Source: Eledone cirrhosa (taxonomy: Eukaryota). Taken from it: a stretch of 64,000 bases of DNA. Below the pieces are notes generated by a model. It worked only from the letters and a program-made list of their open reading frames with translations, had not been told where the DNA came from and searched no databases. The translations under genes and the position numbers were made by a program. The stretch lies in the NCBI GenBank assembly GCA_964016885.1, contig OZ024742.1, positions 43,772,001-43,836,000 on the forward strand, given 5' to 3'. Shown in pieces: positions 1 through 13,605 of this stretch; the first letter of the stretch is position 1; each line of letters opens with the position of its first letter.

Positions 1-330
1 TTCTAGCACACCATGAACCAATATTAATTTCCTCTATTTAGCTGCTATTTCTAGCACATCTTTGGACTACTATGAGCTTCCCCAATTTAGCTGCTATTTC
101 TAGCACACTTCTAGACCCCCATGTGTTTCTCCCTATTTAACTGCTATTTCTAGCACACCTGTGGACCACCATATGGTTCGCCCTATTTAGCTGCTATTTC
201 TAGCAAACCTATGGACTATCATGAGGTTCCCTTTATTTAGCTGCTATTTCTAGCACACTATGGACCACCATGTGGTTCTTTCTATTTACCTGCTATTTCT
301 AGCATAATTATGGACTACCATGGAGTTCCC
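1..330. repeat. Tandem array of ~55-60 bp units (about 6 copies) with core TTTAGCTGCTATTTCTAGCA
   Basis: Core recurs at ~37, 86, 137, 186, 236 and 285, each followed by a TGGACYACYATG-like motif; the array runs off the window start. Confidence 0.85.
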
Positions 331-394
331 CATATATATATATACACGCACATATAATACGCACACAGACACCACCTTCTCTCACACATATATA

Positions 395-472
395 TAGGGT
401 GTCCCCTAAAAATGTATACATACTTCAACAGCATTCTAATCAAAGTGTGTACATTTTTCGGGTGACACCCTG
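395..472. mobile_element. Tc1/mariner-type mini-MITE (~78 bp)
   Basis: Inverted termini (T/C)AGGGTGTC..AAAAATGTAYAC and GTGTACATTTTT..GACACCCTG, with TA on both sides. Confidence 0.7.
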
Positions 473-1090
473 TATATATGCATACTTATATTAACCATTC
501 ATAGAAAATTATTATCCCCATTTTGTTTATAATATAACATGACGACGACTAGATATATAGGTTCACTTGATATAATCTTAGGTTGGAACAGCTGTTTTCT
601 TATAAACAGTACTTTATGACATAGGGGACATGGCTTCAATTTTTGGAAGGTGAGTATTGAAGTTAAGTGTATAAACCCCAATGTTTGACTGGTATTTATT
701 TTATTGACAGCCACTTATACCAAACAATGTCATATGACTTATGGGAATGAGGCGTTGGAGATAAATATGTATTGAAATCTGTCCACATCTGGACCCCTGG
801 GTCACATTTAACGATTATTTTCTGGGTGATCTCCTTTTGGGCGTCAACAGGTCAGCCTTAGGTTCTCAAGTCTTGAGACAGAGGAAGCAACATGGATAAA
901 TAGCCTGCCTTAGATCAACCAGGCAGCAGTTCAGAATAGTTCTTGATAGAGTAAACATGTAAACAGACCCTACAGACCCCTTAGGGCCTTACAGACTCTT
1001 ACTTTCTGTTACTCTCTCCCTTTCACTCAATCTCTATATCTTGGTCTCTCTCTTAACCAAGCCAGTGAAGTTCATGAAGTTTTCTTGGTA

Positions 1091-1930
1091 ACCTACCTAC
1101 CTACCTAGGGCGGGTAAAATTCCCAAGATCCATGGAATAGTTCTCTCCAGCAGTCTCTGTCCCTCATTATCGCTGCCATGTCCTGCGTCTCCAACAGACC
1201 AGTGTCTGTCCTTAGGGCATCAACATATGTTAACTTCGGCCTTCCTTTTCCAGTGTGTCCATGCAGAGGCTCCCAGAGTGAGCATGTCCAGCTAACCTCA
1301 GTCTCCTCTGTGTCATTTTTGAGCTGACTTTTGGGAGGCTCCCGTAAAGCTCTGAGTTCTTCATCCTCAGTGTATTCTCGTGTAGCACCCATCCACCATC
1401 TGAGTGAGTTTCTTGGTCAGTGTCCAAGTCTCAGACCCATACAGCAGCACAGACTTCACTACAGCAACGAAGAGGTGGATCTTCAGGTCTTTACAAAGGT
1501 CCGACTTCCACACTGATCTCAAGCTGTGGCACGCCGCCCAGAATTCCCAATCTTTGCTCCCAAATACAGGAAGTCCCCAACCAATTCTAGCAGCTTCCCG
1601 CCTACTTTAGTAATCTTCTCTGGCTTCTTAATATTCTCTACCAGATATTTTTTCTTAATCTCATTCATTCTCAGCCCCACACTCATCGACACAGTCTCCA
1701 CCTTCTGCATCAAATCCTCTGCCTCCTTCACTGTGTCTGTCACCAAAACTATGTCGTCGGCAAATTCAGCATCCGATATCTTTCTTGCCTGCTCTGAGTC
1801 GGTGTTACAGTAAAGCCAGAGTCCTGGTGTTTCTCCAGCGCAAGGCGCATACAATAGTCCACTACGATGATAAAAAGGAAGGGAGCAAATGCATCCCCCT
1901 GGAGCACTCCAGCCAGTATCTCAAATTGGT
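1091..1930 (-). mobile_element. Decayed RTE/RTEX-type LINE, 3' RT fragment
   Basis: Minus-strand ORFs contain ISDAEFADDIVLV, DFLYLG and GRPKLTYVD; frameshifted; short (GTAG)n tail at ~1091-1107. Confidence 0.8.
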
Positions 1931-2269
1931 AAATACGACTTTAATTCTACTTTTACAAACAAATAACGTACATAATTCTTGTATATTTTTCATATAGATT
2001 CGGTGTGAGCTATAAATTAATAATATAGCGGTTTGGTGTTATCACGGTTCATTTATACATATTCATTTTCTGTGTGATCAAGGAACTATCATATTATTTC
2101 ATCTTAATGAACACTTATTCATTAACCTGCCACATGCAACCTCTGGTCATGCTATCACACAACAGTGACCACACCACACAGCAAGCTACAAATGAGCACA
2201 CACGCAACAAACGAATCAACACCACAACACAATCAACTACCAACACAACCATCAAAAATCATCGCTATA

Positions 2270-2640
2270 AATATGGGGCAGTAGAAAAGCTGAAAAGAAC
2301 AGAAATGAGAATGGTTCAGTGGATGAGTGGAGTATTGCTGAGAGAGAGACAAACGATGAACTGGAGAGGATGATGGAAATAGAGCCAGTGATGAATGTTG
2401 TAAAGAGAAATTGAATGAGATGGCTGGGTCATGTTTTGAGGAAGGATGAAAGTGACTGGGTAAGAAGTGTGATGGAAATGAATGTGGAAGGAAATAGAGG
2501 AAGGGGAAGACTAAAGATGATGGAGGAAGGCATGAAAGCTAGGGAGTTGGTGAGGGAGGGATGCTGAGGTTAGGGTAAAATTAATATGCTTGTTATGAAG
2601 CCCACAAGACAAACCTCTGCTTTAGCAAGGAATAAGATCT
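2270..2640 (+). mobile_element. Decayed RTE LINE 3' end fragment
   Basis: Translations KLKRTEMRMVQWMSGV and WLGHVLRKDESDWVRSVMEMNVEGNRGRGR resemble the RTE C-terminus. Confidence 0.7.
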
Positions 2641-3511
2641 TAAAATGCTTATTGTATTTCATGTTAGCATTCATGTAGTAACAAGTTTCCAATTAGAGTT
2701 TTGATTTAAATACAACAAACACTTTAATATGTGGTAATGCTCCAGCATGGTCACAGTCCCCAGGCTGGAATCAGTTATTAAAAAAAATAAACAAACCAAA
2801 AAAATACTAAATATATATGTGGGTGGTTTCAAGCAGGTTGTTACTGAAGGCTATCCAAATGGTTAATCTTGCTCTGACAGCCGGCTTCCATATTTTTTCA
2901 GTGGTGTATGGCAGTTCTAGATATTATTATTATTATTATTTTCATGGAAAGAAAATTTATTTAACACCCTCACCGCCACCACAACCACCCCCACCACCCC
3001 CACACAGTTTACTTCACCATCCCCATCTCTACTTTTAAAAACACCCATCTAATATATGTGAGTACAGACATGATTAATGCTAGAAGAATTTGGCACTGTA
3101 CAATCTGTGCTAAATAGTTAAATAAACATTTAAGAACCTTCTACAATGTGTAAGACATATCCTAAGTTATATTAAAACCTTAACATCCTAATTATACAAC
3201 AAGATTAATTATAAAACAAGTACAACAATATAGAAAAAGCATTTTAAGGCCATTTTTCCCTGTTAAAGCCAAAGTTAGCTTTGCAGCTCTGAAGACAGAC
3301 TTTAAACTTATCAGAGAGTTCTTTTAAAAGCAATATTTTATAGCTAGTGGCCCTTGTCAATTCTTTTAGTCACCTCTTACAACACAAAGGGTTATACAAA
3401 ATACATACAGAAAATATATCAATTATATAATAAGTAAAAATATATATATGTATATATTTAGTTATAATATGATTTATGATTTATAATATGATTTATGTAC
3501 ACGAAAATTCC

Positions 3512-3636
3512 TTGTGCAACCAAAGGTTTCATGGTCTGACTATCTTGCATAAGTACATACAACGTTATCCAACTGTATCATCAGCCGAAATGTATTACAA
3601 ATGGCTTCGTCCACCATGAAACCTTTAGTTGTACAA
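3512..3636. mobile_element. Small inverted-repeat element (putative MITE)
   Basis: TTGTGCAACCAAAGGTTTCATGGT (3512-3535) is an inverted match to ACCATGAAACCTTTAGTTGTACAA (3613-3636). Confidence 0.5.
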
Positions 3637-3787
3637 CAAATCGAAAAATCATAGCTCTAATACTATGGGCAAGGGATTAAAATGTCTCAGGAATCGCTGG
3701 ACAGATTTGAAGGGTGAAACCAACCAGCAGGAAACCCAAGTAAGATGGTTGGATAACATGATTAATTGAAGTGGTTGCGTTGGACAG

Positions 3788-3899
3788 AAGAAGAAGAAGA
3801 AGAAGAAGAAGAAGAAGAAGAAGAAGAAGAAGAAGAAGAAGAAGAAGAAGAAGAAGAAGAAGAAGAAGAAGAAGAAGAAGAAGAAGAAGAAGAAGAAGA
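3788..3899. repeat. (GAA)n microsatellite
   Basis: Perfect GAA run of about 37 units. Confidence 0.98.
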
Positions 3900-4719
3900 T
3901 TTTAGCCCTTTTGAAAATACCTGTGGTTCCACAGCCAAAAGTTGTTTTAAAGTGTTTATATTTATCTAAAAGCCTTCTATGATAATTTTATGCAAGAACC
4001 TTTGTTAAATTATGTCCCAAACACTGACTCAATAATGTGAAAGTTAGTTATATTAATAATTCCCTACAAATTCTGGATTATTTTCTAGATTAGAAAACTA
4101 TGTCTTTCATTGAAATATGGTAATGAAAGGGTTAACCAATTTTCCATCACATCTGCTCACCATAGTATGGCAAGTTGATGGAAATCCTGTTTTTTTATCA
4201 TTCTTTAATTCTTTCATTACCTTCATCATCATCATCATCGTTTAATGTCCATTTTCCATGCTAGCATGGGTTAGACGAGTTGTCTCATTGTGAAGTTCTT
4301 ACAAAAGATCATGCTGGGAAAGTTTTTGATAATTATAAACACTTTAAAACAAACAGTTTTCATCATCATCATCACCATTTAACATCCGTTTTTCCATGCT
4401 AGCATGGGTTAAACGAGTTGTCTTGTTGTGAGAAATGCCACATCAGATGACTGTGTCTTGCTCATACAGAACTGCTTCTGGCTTGGTTTCTACAGCTGGA
4501 TGCCCTTCCTAATGCCAATCACATTTACAGTGTGGGCTGTTTATGATTTTCAAATCATTTTGAAAATAATCAAGATTTTGAAGAGATTTAGTAATATAAC
4601 TAACCTTCTCGTTATTAAAACTTTAGCATTTTCATTGCTCTAAATTTACTTTTGTATTTTCACAGTAAAGGCTTTACCTCAATAATTATTGAATCTATGA
4701 GATTTTAATATTATTTATT

Positions 4720-4830
4720 GTGAGTTCGATTCTCAGACCGGGTGATGTGTTGTGTCCTTGAGCAAGACACTTTATTTCACGTTGCTCCAGTTTACTCAGC
4801 TGTAGAAATGAGTTGCGATCCTGCCAAATC
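4720..4830 (+). mobile_element. tRNA-derived SINE fragment (CORE-like central region) interrupting a piggyBac-type MITE
   Basis: B-box-like GAGTTCGATTC followed by GTGTCCTTGAGCAAGACACTTTATTTCAC; related copies at ~19990-20125 (-) and ~62865-62930 (+). Confidence 0.6.
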
Positions 4831-5438
4831 AATGGGTGGCAGCTGCATGCATTGAAAGACTGGTGTAGTGGTTCTGAGAACAATGCGGCTTTGCAGATGT
4901 TCAATGCAAATTGACAATGGAAAGGCACTCCCACTCGAGTTAGAAGAGAACTATTGACCTTCAGGAGAAGCAGTGACCCCTGATTGTATTCAGCAACCGA
5001 AACAAATATGAAGTACACAAAATCCAATGCTCCTAGGGGCAGCCCTGGTTCTTCTTATTTGCGAGTGTAAACTCGGCCAGAATAGAAAAAAAATATTTTG
5101 AGAACAATGCCTTAATATTAGTATGAGTGGCCGGTTAGTGCTGGTTTGAACAGAAAGAGGTGAGAGAATTCTGACCAGATACAACCGGTTTAAATGCTAA
5201 AGGGTTAAGGTGGTTTTTAGAGCAGTTTCAGGTGGTTTGGTATTGAAAGGGTTTAAGTTTATGTCTTATTCTATTTCTTCCTTTTCTTCTCTACCCCTCT
5301 TATCTCTGCCACTTTCACTTCCGTTCTCCACCTGTTTGATACCAGTACCAGCACCAGCATCTGGGGGTCTGTGTATTTATTTGGCTGACATCCCAACACC
5401 ACCACCACAACCCTCCATGGGCCCCTGTGACATACATT

Positions 5439-5442
<4 letters not shown>

Positions 5443-5504
<62 letters not shown>

Positions 5505-5892
5505 TCTCTCTCTTTCCCTGCCGATATCTTTGTTGCTATCTCTGCTTCTATCCATTTAGCTGATAGCAGTATCTGGTAGTCTGTGCATGCATACACACAT
5601 ACACACATACATATATACATATATTCATAGATACATACATAAATACATACATATATACATACATACACATACACATACACGCATACATACATACATACAT
5701 GATACAAACATACATACACACACATACACATATATTCATACATACATAAATACATACATACACACACATATATATACATACACACATATATATGCATACA
5801 CACATACATACATATATGCATGCATATATGTATATAAATACATACATACATACAGACTGACAGACAGGCAGACAGACAAACATACATACAGA
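5443..5892. repeat. (CT)n and (CATA)n/(CA)n microsatellites
   Basis: Direct inspection. Confidence 0.95.
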
Positions 5893-6324
5893 TATTAAAT
5901 GAAGATGATGTTGATATATGTATAAGATATTACTAATTGAGATCCATAAGATCATTATTCAACTAAATATTCCATACTTTAAGGAAAGTAGAATGTATAT
6001 ATTATACTTATATGTATCATCATCATCATCATCATCATTGTTTAACACCCACTTTCACGCTAGTATGGGTTAGACGGACTGGCCCATTTGAGGCAAGTTG
6101 GGTCAGGTGACCGTGTCTTGCTCATATGGAACTGTTTCTGGCTTGGTTTCTACAGCAGGATGCCCTTCCTAATGCCAACCACATTTACAGCATGGGCTGT
6201 TCATGATTTTCAAATCATTTTGAAAATAATCAAGATTTTAGAGAGATTTAGTAATATAACTAACCTTCTCATTATTAAAACTTTAGCATTTCCATTGCTC
6301 TATATTTACTATTGTATTTTCACA

Positions 6325-6492
6325 GTGCCTTTTGTTGTGACAGCTACGCAACCACATTTACAGTGTGGGCTGTGTGCTTTTTGTTTTGACTCCTACATGA
6401 CCACTTTACAGTGTGTGCTGGGTGCTTTTTGTCGTGACACGTTCATGACCACTTTACAGTGTGGGCTGGGTGCTTTTTGTTTTGACTCTTAC
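6325..6492. repeat. ~39-48 bp tandem units (ACCACTTTACAGTGTGGGCTGGGTGCTTTTTG..); the array continues at 8141-8300 and a related array lies at ~13765-13990
   Basis: Repeated unit visible directly. Confidence 0.8.
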
Positions 6493-8143
6493 TTGAGAAG
6501 TAAACCCCTCTACTTAGCTAAAAGTAAACCCCTCTACTTAGCTTTTTTAGACCTGGAAAAAGCCTTTGACAGAGTCCCCTGCTCCATTATCTGGTGGGCT
6601 CTTAGAAAACTAGGTGTTGATGAATGGCTTGTGAGAGCTATACAAGCTATGTATAATGAAACAGTCAGTAAGGTTAGAATTAACAATGAATATTGTGAAG
6701 AATTTAGTGTAAAAGTTGGTGTTCACCAAGGCTCTGTCCTTAGCCCCTTCTTATTTATTATTGCCCTTCAGGCTATAACAGAGGAGTTCAAGACCGGCTG
6801 CCCATGGCAACTCCTATACGCAGATGATCTAACGCTCATGGCTGAATCAATGGCTGAACTAGAAAAGAAATTCCAAACATGGAAATATGGCCTAGAATCA
6901 AAAGGCCTTAAAGTTAACTTGTCTAAGACTAAAGTCCTAGTTTGTAGAAAGGAAAATAAGGCACAGGTACCCTCAGGGAAATGGCCTTGCTCAGTGTATA
7001 GGAAAGGAGTAGGCAGAAATTCAATTTTATGTCCCAAATGCAAAGTATGGGTACATAAAAGATGTAGTGGGATCACAGGTAAACTATCTAAGAACGTAGA
7101 CTTTATATGTGGCCGATGCTCAGGTGCAATAGGTAGCAAGTGTCCATAGGATACTAGCCCCTTCTATTGCCCAGATGGTTCTATAGAAATAGTAGACACT
7201 TTCCGTTACCTGAGTGATGAAATCAGCAGTGGTGGAGGGTGTTCTGAAAGTATAGTAGCCAGAGTCAGAACGGGATGGAAAAATTCAGAGAGCTTATAAC
7301 AGCAATGCTACATGGCAGTGAGACATGGGCATTGCGTGCAGAGGACCTGCGTAGACTGGAAAGGAACGAAGCATGCATATTCCGTTGGATGTGTAATAGT
7401 AATATACGTGAACGGCAAAGCATAAATGAACTAAGTGAGAAATTAGGAATAAGAGGGATCAAATGCTGTTTACTCGAGAATAGACTACGTTGGTATGGCC
7501 ACGTGATGCGCATGAAAGACAACAGCTGTATAAAAAAGTGCAGGGCGATCAAAATTGATGGTAGTTACGGAGTAGGTAGACCCAGAAAAACCTGGGACAA
7601 TCTGATAAATTCCGACCTTACAAACTTGCACCTCTCTAAGACGATGTCACTGGATCGAGATCTTTGGCGCTACATAGTAATACAGAAGACCCGACTTTCC
7701 TATGTACAAAGCAAAAGCTACAGTCAGTAGGCACCTCTTATCCAAATATACACCCCAATCCACTACCCCTACCCTATCCTCCCACTCCCACCAACACCAC
7801 CCTCTCTCTATAAAGTTGGTACCACAACATCCAGTCCAAATAAATGAGATAAATGAGATAAATGAGATCGAGATCGAGATCGTGTAGGTGTCAAGAGAAA
7901 AAAACACACAGCCCATGCTGTAATGTGGCCGTATAGGTAACACGGTAAAAAGTTCCCAGATCCACACTGTAAATGTGGTTGGTGTTAGGAAGGGCATCCA
8001 GCCGTAGAAAACCTGCCAGATAGTCCTATATGAACGAGACATGGTCACCCGACCAACCTTGCCTCAAGTGGGACAACTCCCGTCTAACCCATGCTAGCGT
8101 GGAAAATGGACGTTAAACGAAGATGATGATGATGATGATGATG
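6493..8143 (+). mobile_element. 5'-truncated RTE-clade LINE: RT, Cys-rich segment, C-terminus, 3' UTR and (GAT)n tail
   Basis: Motifs FLDLEKAFDRV, GVHQGSVLSP, LLYADDL, C-x2-C..WVHKRCSG, RLRWYGHVMR and GRPRKTW; in-frame stop at 7149 and frameshifts; tail ..GGACGTTAAACGAAGATGATGAT. Confidence 0.92.
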
Positions 8144-8637
8144 ACCACTTTACAGTGTGAGCTGGGTGCTTTTTGTTGTGACTCCTACACAACCACTTTA
8201 CAGTGAGGGCTGGGTGCTTTTTGTTGTGACACCTACACAACCACTTTACAGTGTGGGCTGGGTGCTTTTTGTTGTGACACCTACACATCCACTTTACAGT
8301 ATATATATTAATATATATATTAAATCATGTGAAATCATTTTGCTGGTGTGAGAGCTGATGAAGAGGAAAATGTGTGTGTGAACTTGTCTTGTACATCATC
8401 TTTCTTTATTTCCTTCATCCAGTCACTTCTATGTGCCAACACACTTTTCCTTTCTCAATCTATATTTCATCTGCCTGTCATCCACCTCGTGGATTGTCTC
8501 TCGACTGACCACTAGCCACTGATCTCTGTCCTCTGAGCTATTTTTACCCAATGCTGTCATTGACAGCATTTGGCTGTTTTAATAGCTATTCTTGCATTGA
8601 CTTTTCTCATTTTTCTATGAATATATATATATATATA

Positions 8638-9280
8638 TATATAAAAAACATGGGAAGAAAGAGGAAAACTGCATGGTTGCACATGGGTTACATATTATAA
8701 AATTAGTCCCTCATCAGTGATTTGCCAACCATCATTGGTATTTCATCGCATTAAAAATCATATACCTCAGGTTGGTGCGAGCAATAACTAAAATAAGCTA
8801 TTGGGACAAGTGAATCGCGTAAAGCGAGTGAGACAAGTAAACAACATAGAAGGAAAAGCAAACCGGAGGTAGGAAAAAAAGCAAGCAACATGATGGTTAT
8901 CCGGTCAGCATAAGCTGGGTGAATTTCATGAGCGGTCAGAAAACAGACCATCCGACGTGAATGAGATGTGAGAAAGAAAGAATCCCACTACTAACGAACG
9001 GGAGGAAGTGAGAAGGGGAGAAACAGAGAGTGAGTGAGTGGAAGTGCGAGGAAGAGGTCAGTCGAGAGAAAGTATAACTGACAGAGGGGGCGAAAGAAGG
9101 TGAGAGAAACAGAGAGAACGGGGGAGCAGAAAGAGAGAAACAGACAATCGCAGTCGAGGTAAATATGTATAAAAAACATGGGAAGAAAGAGGAAAACTGC
9201 GTGGTTGCACATGGGTTACATATTATAAAATTAGTCCCTCATCAGTGATTTGCCAACCATCATTGGTATTTCATCGCATA
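8638..9280. mobile_element. Non-coding element bounded by ~112 bp direct repeats (Penelope pseudo-LTR-like), inserted in (TA)n
   Basis: 8638-8750 is nearly identical to 9168-9279; purine-rich interior; homologous to the element at 21428-22160. Confidence 0.6.
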
Positions 9281-9529
9281 TATATATATATATATATAAT
9301 TATTGAATAAAGTGAAAGGAGGCCATTCCCGCACCTCCAACATAATCTTACATCAAAGATGATTGAATTACATTAGGTTGAGTGCTTTTCCTACTATTGC
9401 ATCATGGTTAACTATAAGGAACGACCAGTGGTGAACCACCAACTTCAATGAATATATATATATTTAAAACAAAATTTATTTTTGCTCTTAACATGGTGGA
9501 TATCTAAATGTATTTGTGAGTGAATAATA

Positions 9530-9715
9530 ATTGTTTCTACTTCTGGCACAAGGCCAGCAATTACCCAGTACATTACTGGTACTTTATTTTATCGACCCCA
9601 TAAGGATGAAAGGCAAAGTTGACCTCGGCGGGATTTGAACTCAGAATGGAAAGGGCCGTAACTCTATGCATCAAAGCATGGTATCCGACTCTCTACCGAT
9701 ATTGCCAATCCAAAT
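9530..9715 (-). mobile_element. tRNA-derived SINE with central GAGGTCAACTTTGCCTTTCATCC..GTCGATAAA..AAGTACCAG domain (MetaSINE-like, tentative)
   Basis: B-box GAGTTCAAATCC on the minus strand; other copies at ~11540-11690, 17945-18095, 18680-18840, 18940-19115 and 63945-64000 (-), and ~21070-21190, 24370-24570, 24600-24790 and 26137-26460 (+). Confidence 0.75.
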
Positions 9716-9967
9716 AATATCATATTATAACAATATCATATTATTAATATTCGGTTTGTTTGCAAGCAAACAACCTCATAAACACCATGTGTGTTTTCTA
9801 GATAACCAACATCATCCTTTTGTTCCAGCAATAGCTGAGAGAAAACAATTGACAATTGTTTTGGAGTTTTTGCTCCTTATCGAGATTGTGTATTCTCGTC
9901 ACTGCTACCCGCTGGAATTGCTGAGAATACAGAGTATTCTCAAATGTGTACATCAGCTGATTAGCCT

Positions 9968-10087
9968 CATTTGCATACCAAGCGATTTTACGATTACATT
10001 TAGGTATCCACCATCTTAAGACCGAAAACATATTTTGTTTTTGAATTTTTGGCAAAGCCAGCTGTAAAATCGCCTGGTATGCAAATG
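9968..10087. mobile_element. Small MITE with ~24 bp inverted termini
   Basis: CATTTGCATACCAAGCGATTTTAC and GTAAAATCGCCTGGTATGCAAATG. Confidence 0.6.
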
Positions 10088-12792
10088 TGTTGTATGCCTG
10101 TCTCTATGTATACATGTATCTCAACCAGGACTAAGCAGGTGAAAGTGAGCAAGCCTGCAGGCCAGCTGTAATGGTTAGGGTATTATAATTTTACTAATTT
10201 CTATACACCAACTCACCTCTCCTTCTCATCACCTTGTCAAATTCTGCATGCTTCTTAGTAACTATTCTTACCATCCCTGCATACCTTACCTCACCCCCAC
10301 CCACACAACCATTATTCTATCCAGGATCAACCCACTCTATTCCATTTAAATACTACTGCACCAGTCATAACTCCTCTGTAACTGTTCCCATCATTACAGA
10401 TATGTCCCTCTCTATCCAAGATCATACCTCACTCCCTCTTAGCCTCTCATCACCTTGTAAAATTCCACCACACATACACCCATGACATACTTTCTCACTC
10501 CTTCTCTGCATCACCCCTTTGAACCCCCATTACACCTGTCATACACCCATGACACTATCCTATTTTCATTTACTTGTGACATACTTATAATGCTTCCTAA
10601 CTCCTATCATTATACCCTCCTACCCTCATAGGGTAAAGAGGACTCTTCAATCATATCAATGAATAACAACCTCTCTAGTGCTGAGGCCACTATAAAAACT
10701 GTACCAAGTACACTATGTAAAGTGGTTGGTGTTAGGAAGGGCTTCCAGTCATAGAAACCATACCAAAAAAAGGTTGAGAGAACCCTTCAGTCATGACACA
10801 AAAATGCACCAAATATGCCCTGTAAGGTGGTTGGCAATAGGAAGGACATCCAGCTGTAAAAACTATGCCAAAAAAGGAATCACTCTAGGTTTGTCAAATG
10901 CACAAACACCTCTCTAGTTTTTGTGTTGTGATAAAACACTCGCAATACTCTCTGTAAAGTGGTTAGTGGTAGAAATGGCATCCAACCATAGAAAACTTGC
11001 CAAACAAAGGGTTAAGAGGACTCTTCAGTTGTGTCAAAGACATGACAGCCTCCTTAGTACTGGTGTCATGATAAAATGCACCCGGTGTAGGGATATATGT
11101 GAGATGCAACCTCCAGTACATCTGAGTGGTCAGTGGCTCCATTTAAGTACTGACCTGGTCTGTGATGACCTAAGCAACCCTTGCTATCAGGGAAAAATTG
11201 GTGTTTTATTGTTCTTTGCATCCCCATTTTTCCAGTTTTTCCATACCTGTCTCTTAGATTTAATGGCTCTGCCTACAGAACTGCTCCAGCACCAGGCCAC
11301 CCTTCATCTGATTGGTATCTTGCTCCAGCCACAGGTCTTGTCATATAATTTACCTATGTATGTATGTATGGTCCTGTAACTCCTGATAGAGTCATAGGGG
11401 TGCTGCATTGACATACAGCATTTCTTGGGCATTTTAAGCCTGGCGGAGCCCATCCATCTCCAGGCCTGAGTAGAGCAGATTTCTTTCAGAGAAAGATAGA
11501 AAGTGAGAGAGAGGAAATGAGAAAGAGATATAGAGGAAGAATTGACCCCAGTACTCGACTGGTACTTTTTTTATCAACCTCGAAAGGATGAAAAGCAAAG
11601 TTGACCTCGGCAGGATTTGAACTCAGAGAGCAGAGAGTTGGAACAAATACCATAAAACATTCTATAACAACTCTGCTAATTCACCATCTATAATTTACAC
11701 ATATAAATGTGTAAATGTGTGTGTGAGAGAGAGAGAGCTGGAAAGAGAGGGGGAGTCCACACTACTCTATTTTACAGAATGTACTATGTGCATTTTATTA
11801 TGGCACCAGCACTATATCATCACATTTTCTCAATCTTTTATTGATTAAACTATAAAGTCTCAAACCATGAGTTCAGACTTGTCCATTTTTGTGAACATAC
11901 TTAATGACCTAGAATTTAAAAAAAAACATTGTTTTAACTCACAAATTATTCTCCTATCATTCCACATGTAAAACATCTTATTTAAATATCTACTGACGAA
12001 ACTATAAACTACAAAATGTACAGACTTAATCCATATATGATAAAAGTTGCAATTTTTCCAACTGATCCTCACTAACTTCATAACTTTGAGGCTGTATAAT
12101 TTGTTCATATTTTTTGATACTGAATAAAAATCTTAGAGGTTATCATGCAATAAATGAGGTATAAACTATCGGATAATATTGTACATTAAATGATAATGAT
12201 GGTGATTATATAGTCAAAGTATAACATAGCCAGTTGGTAGATGGCAGCCAACCAAATGAGAGGCAGTCTAAGGAAAATATATTTCCCAATCAATGTTACT
12301 GATAAAATGTTAAAATGTAATACATATTGTAACATAAAATCCTGCATGTGTGACTATTATTTATTTTTAGAACAAACAACATAGCAACACATCAGCTGTG
12401 TATATGGCATTGCATATATATTAAATGGAATTACTGGATTGTTGCAAATATCTGTCTACTGTTTTAGGGGAATGCTATTATCATTGTCGGGAAACTTTTT
12501 AAATATTGCTTACTAACATTGATACAAGGCCACAAACTGGAAGTTGAAGTTTGGGATGAGTATAACTGATTAAATTGGTCCCCAGTTCCTGACTGGTATT
12601 CATCTTATCAACCTATGAAAATGAAAGAAAAAGTTGATCTTGGTGGAATTTTAAAATGTTGATATGTACAATGAACAACAATCTGCATTCACTCACAAAC
12701 AATGCAAACATTTTCATGGAGAAATGCACAATATAACATCTGCAGATGTAAACAAGGAGCTTGGCATTCCTTATTTAAACATAAGATTTTAA

Positions 12793-13000
12793 CCCTTTAG
12801 CATTTAAACCAGCTGTATCCAGCTAGAATTCTCTCAATTCTTTCTGTTTAAACCAGCAGTAACTGGCTACTCATACTGATGTTAAGGTATTTTTCTCAAA
12901 ATAAATAACATCAAAATCTTGTAGATTCGATATTATGTGAGATAAAACCTTTACCACAAGAATACAATAGTAAATATAGAGTAATGTAAATGCTAAAGGG
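12793..13000. mobile_element. piggyBac-type MITE
   Basis: TTAA|CCCTTTAGCATTTA...TAAATGCTAAAGGG|TTAT; family copies at 16117-16336, ~5098-5204 and ~59820-60027. Confidence 0.75.
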
Positions 13001-13301
13001 TTATATTAATATCAATACAAATTTAATGTAGCTACAACTACATTTTTTGAATTAGAAGACTCACTGTGAAAAGAAGCATACATGCCTCATTTCTTTTTAA
13101 CCCTTGCAAATCTTCTGCACTCAATCCATGCTGCCATGCAACATTGCAGTTTGAACACATGCATTATATAATCTACCTTTCACTCTGAAAGAGAAGCTTT
13201 TTGTTGCCAGCAGAGGTAACAGCTACCTGGACTTCTTCTACTCTATTTTACCCTGCCTAAAATACTTTCATTACATCCTCTTCCACTTTCACACACACAT
13301 A

Positions 13302-13332
<31 letters not shown>

Positions 13333-13334
13333 TA

Positions 13335-13605
13335 ATAATGAAATTATTGTGTACAGTGCTCAGGTGCACTACAACTCATCAAAGGTGCATGTATAGTACA
13401 TAGAATAATATACAAATGTCAGGGAAGTGAATAGTGTATGAGTCATGATATACATGTGTGCGTGTGTATGGAGGGGGAATATTAGGTGTAGTGTTGGCGA
13501 ATCTCAGGAAGCATGGAGGTTTTAAAGGACGCAGTGTCTCGACAGCTAACAACTGATGCAGGTAGTTCGTTCCATGCTTCAGCAACTCTCAGCGTGAAAA
13601 AATGT
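13335..13605 (-). mobile_element. CR1/L2-group LINE 3' end fragment
   Basis: Minus strand reads HFFTLRVAEAWNELPASVVSCRDTASFK; (TTA)n-type tail at ~13310-13338. Confidence 0.7.

Noticed and set aside
3766-3969. Poly-Glu ORF
   Set aside because: Translation of the (GAA)n microsatellite.
6088-7149. 353 aa ORF as an intact gene
   Set aside because: Chimeric read-through of SINE and tandem-repeat DNA into a truncated RTE RT; non-ATG start and premature stop.
12697-12739. Possible 43 nt minus-strand exon (CAG|...|GTGAGT), with a possible terminal exon at 3244-3288
   Set aside because: Splice signals are plausible, but the peptides (CYIVHFSMKMFALF; SCKANFGFNREKWP) match nothing I recognise; cannot be supported without RNA data.
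13074-13185. Exon-like segment with good splice sites on the minus strand
   Set aside because: Translates as RVKGRLYNACVQTAMLHGS, a decayed RTE fragment.
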